NCBI GenBank assembly: GCA_018712135.1 | Contig: DVHK01000093.1 | Location: 8,834-72,833 of the forward strand | Reading direction: 5' to 3' | Length of the DNA stretch: 64,000 nt | Origin: Candidatus Coproplasma avicola | GTDB lineage: Bacteria; Bacillota; Clostridia; Christensenellales; Borkfalkiaceae | Shown here: piece by piece, positions 27,613 to 35,469 of the stretch | Layout: the number at the start of each line of letters is the position of its first letter | Position numbering within the stretch: the stretch's first letter is position 1 | The notes under the pieces: model-generated | What the model saw: the letters and a program-made list of their open reading frames with translations, nothing else | What the model was told of the DNA's origin: nothing | The model's database searches: none | Translations under genes and position numbers: made by a program

Positions 27613-30528
27613 TTAATCGAAAGTTTCGATGTAGTAGCAAAGCTGCATCCAGGCGTTATCGGTAAGACGGTCTTCAAGTTCCATGAGAATTTGAAGAATT
27701 TCAACAATGCGGTCATTAGCAACTACAAATCCATACGAATTCGGGTTTGCAAGAAGTTCGGTCATTTCAGCGGTGAAATCTTGTTTCTGTTCATCGGTGA
27801 GAAGATCGTACCTGTTTACGAATTCGCCGCCGTTCTGCTGAATGAACCCTTCCCTCGTGCCGCCTTCGGCAATATACGCGGCAAGCGCCTCATTCCAGCG
27901 GGCTTCAAGATAATCGTAATACTTCTTATAATAACCGTTTTCTGTGAAGTCAAAACCGTAGCCTTCGATAACGGTATCAACGCCGTCAATAGTAACTTCA
28001 AGTTTCTGGTTTTGCAACCAATTCGTAAGGGGCATTGTGCTGAATGTTGTGCCGTTTGCGACATCGAGATACAGAAGACCATAATCGGTGCCGTCGTCGC
28101 CTACAGCATAGTAATTGCCGTCGCTACGAAGCTCAGCTTTTACATACGTATTCAAGAAGATCTCACCGGTTGTTTCGTCATACGAGTATGCATCCGAAGC
28201 AGCGGGTCTGATAATAAAATCTTCGTCGTAGAAGGCTATATTTAAATCAAAGCTTCCTGTAATATTGTTATCGGTAAGAGCACATGCAATATAATACGTT
28301 TCGCCTGCCGTCAACTGATATACGAGAGAGAAGTTTCCGCCCGTTCCGTTTGAATCAGCTTCCGCAATGTATCGGGGATTGCTTGAATCGCCATAGTTTT
28401 CGTCAAACAACCATGCAACTGTACCTACACCGCCTTCACTTACATTGTCGGCGGCAATATTGGATGAAGTAAAGACATAAGCTGACGAAGTTGTAGGCGT
28501 AAATGAGAATACTATGCCGCGCGGCGCCTTGGGGAAAGTTTCGATATTTTCATAAGTTCCCATTCCCACTTCGATCGCCGTATCGATAAGCAGACCTGCA
28601 ATAGGATCGGTTATTTCTTCAGCCGCATTGCCGTACTGACGATAATAACGGCAGATCTCTAACCATTCCTGTTCATTGTCATTCGCATTGGAATTTCCGA
28701 GTGCGGCTACAATTTCAACAAGCAAATCTTTAAGTTCCTGCGTTACCGGCGTAAGAGCAACTCCTCCTGAAGAAAGCGAATTCGCCATAGTCGTTACACG
28801 CGAATAACGCGCATACCATGCATAATCCTCTATGGTGTCGAAATTTTCATATACAGGCTCGTCATCTACGGTACCGAGGTACTCACCGACAAGGACATAC
28901 TGAGGAGAATTTTCATCGATATATCCGCCGGCATAGGAATTTCTTGCCGTAATTGCCTGTGTATACAGTCCCGAACCCCAAAGAGTATCATTTATCATTT
29001 CGGCAAGGAGATAAGGGCCGTCTGCCGTACCAACATGGTAATAACCATCTTCTTCATTATATACGGGAGTGATATAATCTTCATAATATGCATTGTCAGG
29101 ATCGGTATCGTTAAGGTTAGTCGCCGCCTGACGAAGCATATTGAGACCTATGTTATTCTCGTTAAGTTCATTGACATCGGTGACGCGCAGATTTGAAATA
29201 TATGCCGTATCGTCGCCTACGTCACTGCCCGTATCCTTTTGATAGGTAAACGAAAGCGTGTGTTCGGTTCCGTCACCTACAAAAGCATAGCATGTCTCCC
29301 AATCGGTTTCCTGAATACCGGAGAACGAACCCATTATCATATTGTCGACAATGGCATATAAAATATCGCTTGTCTCTGTGCTCGTGTTATAATCAAATGC
29401 CAGAACTTCACCTTCGGCAAGGTTAAACCTTACGGATACAAGCGACCAGCTTCCGGCATAGCCGGAGTTGGAACTATAAATGCTGTTGCCGTCTTCGCTG
29501 ACGAGCCAAGGCCAGTTATATTCGCTTGTGTAGTCCCATTCAAAAGTTATGTCTTTGCCTTCAAGGGAATCGGAAGAAATTGCTGCTGCAATATCTTCAA
29601 TATCCGGGTTTTCTACCGTGGGAGGAGTAAGCTCCCAATCATTGCCTATTTGAGAATTATCATAATCATCTCCGGTGTATCTTTCGAACCAGTTTCTGAA
29701 TGTGTTTGCATCCGTTATAGACCCTGTTTCGATCATGCAGATCACACCATAACGGTCAATTATGAAATTAGTAGGATAAGCCTGTACGTTAAAAGGAATC
29801 GAATATGAGGCCGTATTGCGATCAGATGCGACATCCCATGTCATTTCATACTGTTCTTTAAAGTTAACAACACCTTCTTCTGTATCGCCGGGCAAGTAAT
29901 AATCGTCGATTGAAATAATTTCTACCACATCATCGAAATCGCTGTAAGCCTGACCCATGGGGCCAACTTCATTTATGCAAGGCTGACATGTAGTATAGAA
30001 GAAGTTTATCATTACCATCTCTTTACCTTCGTTAAATGCATCGGCAAGAGTTTTTTCTTCACGAACAATATTTCCTTCTTCATCACGGCTGAGCGCTTCG
30101 TAGGTAAAGTTATAAATAACGTCACCCTCTTCATAAACTGTTCCTGCCGGGGCATCCTCCATAATTATGGAACTTGAAAGAGTAATTACGATAGGCGTTC
30201 CCGTGAGATCGGTTACATATTCGCTCTGCGTAGGTCTGAAACCTGCGGGGAGAGAATCAGAATCAAGCTCCACATTATATTCCGCAGGGTTAACGTCCTC
30301 AAAAACGACCTGACCGTTATCGCCTGTTACGAGAGACCTGACAGTCGTTCCATTCTGAACAAGGCTGACTGCTGCCCTGCTTACGGGATTTTCTGCCGTA
30401 TCCTGGACAGTTACAGTGTAGTCTATGGGGCCTGTCGGCGTATCTGCTCCGTTATCGCCACAGGCCGCGGCAAAAACGAGAGAAACTGCCAGAAGCACAC
30501 CCATAAACACGCTTAGAAGCTTCTTCAT
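27613..30528 (-). CDS. 971-aa lipoprotein: carboxypeptidase-regulatory-like domain + TlpA-like thioredoxin domain (CQPC) + large C-terminal region with a PPC-like beta domain
   Basis: Signal/lipobox LVFAAAC|GDNG. TVTVQDTAENPV...GDNGQVVFEDVNPAEY is a prealbumin-like fold pattern. MVMINFFYTTCQPCINEVGPM has its CQPC at 29977-29988, and AYPTNFIIDRYG supplies the cis-Pro loop region of thioredoxin-like proteins. GGAGGA SD. Confidence 0.7.
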   Translation of the reverse strand: MKKLLSVFMGVLLAVSLVFAAACGDNGADTPTGPIDYTVTVQDTAENPVSRAAVSLVQNGTTVRSLVTGDNGQVVFEDVNPAEYNVELDSDSLPAGFRPTQSEYVTDLTGTPIVITLSSSIIMEDAPAGTVYEEGDVIYNFTYEALSRDEEGNIVREEKTLADAFNEGKEMVMINFFYTTCQPCINEVGPMGQAYSDFDDVVEIISIDDYYLPGDTEEGVVNFKEQYEMTWDVASDRNTASYSIPFNVQAYPTNFIIDRYGVICMIETGSITDANTFRNWFERYTGDDYDNSQIGNDWELTPPTVENPDIEDIAAAISSDSLEGKDITFEWDYTSEYNWPWLVSEDGNSIYSSNSGYAGSWSLVSVRFNLAEGEVLAFDYNTSTETSDILYAIVDNMIMGSFSGIQETDWETCYAFVGDGTEHTLSFTYQKDTGSDVGDDTAYISNLRVTDVNELNENNIGLNMLRQAATNLNDTDPDNAYYEDYITPVYNEEDGYYHVGTADGPYLLAEMINDTLWGSGLYTQAITARNSYAGGYIDENSPQYVLVGEYLGTVDDEPVYENFDTIEDYAWYARYSRVTTMANSLSSGGVALTPVTQELKDLLVEIVAALGNSNANDNEQEWLEICRYYRQYGNAAEEITDPIAGLLIDTAIEVGMGTYENIETFPKAPRGIVFSFTPTTSSAYVFTSSNIAADNVSEGGVGTVAWLFDENYGDSSNPRYIAEADSNGTGGNFSLVYQLTAGETYYIACALTDNNITGSFDLNIAFYDEDFIIRPAASDAYSYDETTGEIFLNTYVKAELRSDGNYYAVGDDGTDYGLLYLDVANGTTFSTMPLTNWLQNQKLEVTIDGVDTVIEGYGFDFTENGYYKKYYDYLEARWNEALAAYIAEGGTREGFIQQNGGEFVNRYDLLTDEQKQDFTAEMTELLANPNSYGFVVANDRIVEILQILMELEDRLTDNAWMQLCYYIETFD

Positions 30529-30731
30529 AAAGTCCTCCGAAAATGTATTATTTCACGCCGGGTATATAAACGGCGTTCCGCCTTTCAAGAATATCGGCGG
30601 GATAAAATGAAACCAAATTTTTTGTGATTATTTTATCACAATGAAAGTGTAAGCACAACAAAATAAAGTTATTTTATTTATTGTATTTAATTATAACAAG
30701 CAAAATTATAACTTATTGTTAGAAAGCAAAA

Positions 30732-30989
30732 TCAGCCGCGCATGCCAAAATACATTAATACAAGAACGCATACAAAAACGACGATAAAACATAAAAAATA
30801 CGGCATAAAGTGCATGAATACACCGCGATAAATGGCGCGCCTCTCTTTTTTACTGAGATTAAGCGCGTTGATTTCGTCGCGCCGCTTGCGATCCTGTTTA
30901 GTTTCGTAAGGGCCTACGCCGTCCATGTCGGCAATAACTCTGCCATCGTCGACGAAAACAGATTTTTCTTTCTTTTGCTTATCTTTCAC
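30732..30989 (-). CDS. Small hypothetical membrane protein (85 aa) at the tail of the Opp-like operon
   Basis: Basic N-terminal half and a single C-terminal TM helix (FMPYFLCFIVVFVCVLVLMYF). 9 nt after the ABC ATPase stop. Confidence 0.5.
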   Translation of the reverse strand: MKDKQKKEKSVFVDDGRVIADMDGVGPYETKQDRKRRDEINALNLSKKERRAIYRGVFMHFMPYFLCFIVVFVCVLVLMYFGMRG

Positions 30990-30998
30990 ATTTTCACC

Positions 30999-32096
30999 TT
31001 AATCTTGGGGATAGAGATGACATGCAACCATATGCCCGTTGCCGTAGTCCTTGAATTTAGGTGCAACTTCTTTGCAGATGTCCATGCAATGATTGCAACG
31101 GGTATGGAATTTGCAACCCTTGGGCGCATTGATGGGACTGGGAATGTCGCCGCTGAGAATTATGCGGTTGCTGTGCCTGTCCGGGTCGGGAATGGGCACA
31201 GCCGAGAACAACGCCTCCGTGTAGGGATGCATGGGATTATCGAAAATATCCACGGTCGACGCATACTCAACAAGACTGCCGAGGTACATAACTCCAACCT
31301 TATTGGAGATGTGTTCGACAACCGAAAGGTCGTGCGAAATGAATATATAGGTGAGCCCCATCTTCTCCTGCATGTCTTTGAGAAGATTGATAATCTGCGC
31401 CTGAATTGACACGTCGAGCGCAGATACCGGTTCGTCGCAGACGACGAAACGAGGCTGCAATGCAAGCGCTGTTGCAATGCATATACGCTGACGCTGACCG
31501 CCCGAAAACTCGTGAGGATAACGCTCGTAATAGTGGTAAGGCAAACCACAGCTTTTCATCACTTCGAGAACATACTCTTTAAGCTGTGATTTTGGCACGA
31601 GCTTATGCTGTGCCACAGCTTCGCCTATTATATCGCCCACGGGCATACGGGGCGACAGACTTGAATAGGGATCCTGGAATATAATCTGCATCTGGGGGCG
31701 AAGTGCATTCATTTCAGCTGTTTTAAGCTTGTTTATATCTTTTCCGTCGAAATAAATTTCACCACCCGTCGCAGTTTGTAAACGAAGAATTGTTCTTCCG
31801 AGAGTTGTCTTGCCGCAACCGGATTCGCCGACTATACCGAGAGTCGTTCCTTTTTCTATTTTAAACGATAGATCGTCGACCGCTTTTAAATATGAAATGG
31901 TTCTTCCGAAAAAATCCTTTTTTGCGGGAAAGTATTTTTTTAGGTTGCGGACTTCGAGGAGAGCATTGGGATCGAGAGGTTCAGATATCTGAGTTGACAC
32001 CTCTTCTTCTTTGATGTTTTCATCGGACATTTGTGAGGCAATGACGTCTTCCGAAGCCGTGCCGCCGATGTTTTCTTCCATGAGATTATCACTCAT
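30999..32096 (-). CDS. Oligopeptide/dipeptide ABC transporter ATP-binding protein (OppF/DppF-like)
   Basis: Walker A GESGCGKTT, signature FSGGQRQR, Walker B VVCDEPVSALD, and the C-terminal oligopeptide-type extension (HPYTEALFSAVP). The ATG at 32096 sits 8 nt after AAAGGAGG. Acidic N-terminal extension of about 45 aa. Confidence 0.9.
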   Translation of the reverse strand: MSDNLMEENIGGTASEDVIASQMSDENIKEEEVSTQISEPLDPNALLEVRNLKKYFPAKKDFFGRTISYLKAVDDLSFKIEKGTTLGIVGESGCGKTTLGRTILRLQTATGGEIYFDGKDINKLKTAEMNALRPQMQIIFQDPYSSLSPRMPVGDIIGEAVAQHKLVPKSQLKEYVLEVMKSCGLPYHYYERYPHEFSGGQRQRICIATALALQPRFVVCDEPVSALDVSIQAQIINLLKDMQEKMGLTYIFISHDLSVVEHISNKVGVMYLGSLVEYASTVDIFDNPMHPYTEALFSAVPIPDPDRHSNRIILSGDIPSPINAPKGCKFHTRCNHCMDICKEVAPKFKDYGNGHMVACHLYPQD

Positions 32097-33309
32097 CAGC
32101 ATTACCTCCTTTGTTCTCCTGCCCCTCGTAAAGATAGCACGACACGCGGTGCGTAGGCGAAACCTGAATGAAATGAGGATATTCGCCGTTGCACTTTTCT
32201 ATGCATCGGTCACACCTCTCTTTGAAGTAACAATAGTCGGGCATATCTATGGGGTTAGGCACCTGACCGGGAATGTTGTAAAGCCTTTCAACTTTACGCT
32301 TTACAACCGGCTTGCTCTTTTGCAGACCTATCGTGTAGGGATGCAGAGGATTGTGGAAAATTTCTTCGGTCGTGCCCGCCTCGATGACTCTGCCCGCATA
32401 CATGACGACTACATAATCGGCCATTTCGGCGATGACACCGAGATCGTGTGTAATGAGCATGATCGAACCGTCGATCTTATCCTTTATTTCGCGCAGAAGA
32501 TCGAGAATTTGCGCTTGAATGGTAACGTCGAGAGCCGTCGTTGGCTCGTCGGCAATTATAAGGCGGGGATTACATGAAAGTGCGATAGCAATCATTACGC
32601 GCTGACGCATACCGCCCGAAAGCTCGTGCGGGTAGCAACGATATACACGCTCGGGCGCGGCAATGCCTACGAGTTTAAGCATCTCAATGCTGCGCGCCTT
32701 TGCCTCTTCCTTTGTGCATCCCGTGTGAAGCAAAATCATCTCGTCAATCTGATAGCCGATGCGGAAAACCGGGTTGAGGCTTGTCATGGGCTCCTGGAAA
32801 ATCATGGCAATCTGCTTGCCGCGAATTTTCTGCATTTCGCTCATGGGCATTTTTGTTATGTCGTAAGCCTTATCGCCGAGATTGAAGCGGATAGAACCGC
32901 CGACAATCTGACCTTGGGGCGCCTGAACGAGCTGCATGAGCGAAAGGCTTGTTACAGACTTTCCGCAGCCCGACTCGCCGACGACGCCGACAGTAGCGCC
33001 CTTGGGAATAGAGAAGGTTACGCCGTCAACCGCCTTGGAAACGCCTGCGTCGGTAAAGAAATATGTATGAAGGTCGTCAAACTCAACAATGTTATTTTCG
33101 TCCTGCATCTGGCAGGTATAAACGCTTTCGTCGACGTTCTTGACCCTCTTCTTCTTTTCATACTCGCGCATGGCGCGCGCATTGCTCTTTGCAATCTCAC
33201 GCGATTCTTTTGCGGTGAGGTAGTGCGCATTGCCCTTACGCGAAGGCTTTTTTACATTGCTCCCGTCGGAGCTTTCGGATTGAGTTGTATTGCTTTTTTT
33301 GAATAACAT
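32089..33309 (-). CDS. Oligopeptide/dipeptide ABC transporter ATP-binding protein (OppD/DppD-like)
   Basis: Walker A GESGCGKSV, signature LSGGMRQR, Walker B IIADEPTTALD, and a C-terminal HPYTIGL motif with a Cys-rich tail. Basic N-terminal extension of about 75 aa. Confidence 0.9.
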   Translation of the reverse strand: MLFKKSNTTQSESSDGSNVKKPSRKGNAHYLTAKESREIAKSNARAMREYEKKKRVKNVDESVYTCQMQDENNIVEFDDLHTYFFTDAGVSKAVDGVTFSIPKGATVGVVGESGCGKSVTSLSLMQLVQAPQGQIVGGSIRFNLGDKAYDITKMPMSEMQKIRGKQIAMIFQEPMTSLNPVFRIGYQIDEMILLHTGCTKEEAKARSIEMLKLVGIAAPERVYRCYPHELSGGMRQRVMIAIALSCNPRLIIADEPTTALDVTIQAQILDLLREIKDKIDGSIMLITHDLGVIAEMADYVVVMYAGRVIEAGTTEEIFHNPLHPYTIGLQKSKPVVKRKVERLYNIPGQVPNPIDMPDYCYFKERCDRCIEKCNGEYPHFIQVSPTHRVSCYLYEGQENKGGNADE

Positions 33310-33317
33310 TTTTACTC

Positions 33318-34430
33318 TTACCTTTTTGCTTTAGGGTCGAACGCGTCGCGCAGACCGTCACCGATAAAGTTGAAACCGAGGACTGCAAGAACAATGCAGA
33401 AGCCGGAGGGAATCCAAATCTGTGCATAGCTTGCGTTTGCAAGGTTGGAAACGTTTGTGGTTACGTCGTTTATCATACCGCCCCACGATGCACTCGTCAA
33501 AGGCACGCCGAGACCCATATACGAGAGCGATGCTTCGGTCAGTATTACCGAGCCGAGACCGAGGGTCATCGAAACTATAAGCTGAGGTATGACGTTGGGA
33601 ACGAGGTGTTTAAAAATCTTACGGGGAGTAGAAAGTCCCCTCGCCGTGGCGGAAACCATGAATTCCTGCTCGCGCAGGGTCAAAATCTGTCCGCGGACTA
33701 TTCGGGCAACGCCCGTCCAGCCTAGTAGTATCAGAACAGCCATCATAAAATATATCTGGAAGTCTGCATCCACTCCCGCGCCGTTTAAGACCGAACCGAT
33801 AATAAGCATTATCGGCAGCGACGGTATACAACTGAAAATATCGATAAGTCGCATTATGAGCGTATCGACCCATTTGCCGAAATAACCGGCAATTCCGCCG
33901 AACACGACGCCTATTATCGTCTCCAAGATGACGACCATAAGGCTTAAAGTCAGCGAAGTTCTGCCGCCGTACATAATGCGCGTTAAAACGTCGCGCCCGT
34001 ACTGGTCGGTGCCCAGCCAATGTTCAGCCGAAGGAGAAGCCAAGCCGTCAATGCCCATAGGGCTTCTGTCGATCTTCCATACGGAGAAAGACTCTCCCGT
34101 CGTTTCATCTACGACGACAATTTCGCTGACCGTTATGTTCATGCGGTCGGTAACGTTATCGACAGTAGATTCGGTGTAGGGCGAAAAAAGCGGGCCAATC
34201 CAGCAGAACGCAAAGAGGAAAATAATTATAGCCAGACCGATAACCGACAATCTTGAACGGAAAAATCTTTTTAATACCAGCCTTGTGGGACTGAGCGTTT
34301 TTACACTGTCGGCAAGGGACATCTCCTCTTCGGGTTCGGGAGAGGGCTCGGGGGGTAAATTCTCTTCGGCAGCTTCGGCTTCAAACTGATATACTTCGCC
34401 GATTTTGCTTTGATTGTTGATATCTTCCAT
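33318..34430 (-). CDS. ABC transporter permease (OppC/DppC-like)
   Basis: BPD_transp_1 pattern with EAA-like loop (TARGLSTPRKIFKHLVPN). The ATG at 34430 follows AGGAGAAGG. N-terminal acidic extension of about 55 aa (EPSPEPEEE). Confidence 0.85.
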   Translation of the reverse strand: MEDINNQSKIGEVYQFEAEAAEENLPPEPSPEPEEEMSLADSVKTLSPTRLVLKRFFRSRLSVIGLAIIIFLFAFCWIGPLFSPYTESTVDNVTDRMNITVSEIVVVDETTGESFSVWKIDRSPMGIDGLASPSAEHWLGTDQYGRDVLTRIMYGGRTSLTLSLMVVILETIIGVVFGGIAGYFGKWVDTLIMRLIDIFSCIPSLPIMLIIGSVLNGAGVDADFQIYFMMAVLILLGWTGVARIVRGQILTLREQEFMVSATARGLSTPRKIFKHLVPNVIPQLIVSMTLGLGSVILTEASLSYMGLGVPLTSASWGGMINDVTTNVSNLANASYAQIWIPSGFCIVLAVLGFNFIGDGLRDAFDPKAKR

Positions 34431-34440
34431 CAGCCTTCTC

Positions 34441-35448
34441 CTATTTTGTGATTTTGACGCGAGGGTCAACTACTACATACATAATATCCGTGAGCAACAT
34501 GCTTATTACCGTGAGGAATGCAATAAATACATTGTAACCCATGACGAAAGGAATATCGCCTGCGTTCATGGCATCGTAAGCAATTTTACCTATACCGGGT
34601 ATACCGAAGAAATCTTCGAGTATCATAGACCCTCCGAAAAGTCCGGGCAAAATGCCAGCGAGCACGGTCACCATGGGAATCATGGTATTTTTGAACGCAT
34701 GCTTATACACTACCGCATTTTCGGAAAGACCCTTTGCGCGTGCAGTGCGGATATAGTCGGCATTGAGCACTTCGAGCATGTTAGTACGCGTGTAGCGCAT
34801 TACAGAGCCGATGCTGAGAACCACCACGACAAATATCGGCAGAACGAGGTGCCATGCCTGGTCGATGAACAGCTCCCACCACGTCGGGTTGATAAGACCG
34901 CTCGATTGCAGACCGAGAGACGTATCGAACCACCCGAGACCGAATGCAAAAACACGCACTACGATAGCCGAGAAGAAGAACGTGGGGAAAGAGATGCCTA
35001 TCATCGTAAGGACGGTGGTTGCATAGTCGAACGCACCGTACTGTTTGACCGCTGCACGTATGCCGAGAAACACAGCCAGAGGGAAATACAATATCAGGCT
35101 GAACAACGTCAGCGCAAACGAAATCCACATGTGATCGGCTATGACGGAGGTAACCTCATCACCATAGACAAATGATGTGCCAAAGTCAAAAAGTATTGCG
35201 CCGTGCGAACCCGTTTCGGCACTGCCGAACAGCCACTTGAAGTAGCCGACAACGGGGGTATCGCTCAGACCATAGATTTCCATGAGCTGAGCGATCCTCT
35301 CCTCCGTCAGTTCAGAGTTGGGATTTGCGGTAAATGTTCTGGTTACATAGTCGCCGGGCATCATTCTGAGCAGCATGTAAATTATAAAAGATACACAGAA
35401 CAGAATGAGTACGCCGAGCAACAATCTTTTTATTACATATTTAACCAT
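34441..35448 (-). CDS. ABC transporter permease (OppB/DppB-like)
   Basis: 335 aa. Starts MVKYVIKRLLLGVLILF and has the EAA loop YIRTARAKGLSENAVVYKHAFKN. Confidence 0.9.
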   Translation of the reverse strand: MVKYVIKRLLLGVLILFCVSFIIYMLLRMMPGDYVTRTFTANPNSELTEERIAQLMEIYGLSDTPVVGYFKWLFGSAETGSHGAILFDFGTSFVYGDEVTSVIADHMWISFALTLFSLILYFPLAVFLGIRAAVKQYGAFDYATTVLTMIGISFPTFFFSAIVVRVFAFGLGWFDTSLGLQSSGLINPTWWELFIDQAWHLVLPIFVVVVLSIGSVMRYTRTNMLEVLNADYIRTARAKGLSENAVVYKHAFKNTMIPMVTVLAGILPGLFGGSMILEDFFGIPGIGKIAYDAMNAGDIPFVMGYNVFIAFLTVISMLLTDIMYVVVDPRVKITK

Positions 35449-35469
35449 TGTTGCTCCGTTTGTACATTA

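Noticed and set aside
19878-30528. Two lipoproteins of identical length (971 aa) as possible paralogues
   Set aside because: Comparison of the translations by eye shows no shared motifs beyond the signal peptides. The equal length appears to be coincidental.
34414-35175. 253-aa + strand ORF. Similar long antisense ORFs occur at 639-1373, 10751-11383, 27601-28245, 47433-48221 and 54780-55529
   Set aside because: All lie antisense to well-supported genes (ABC permease, M16 peptidase, ABC exporter, lipoprotein, S8 protease, efp/dtd). They have Arg/His/Cys-rich junk composition and no SD.
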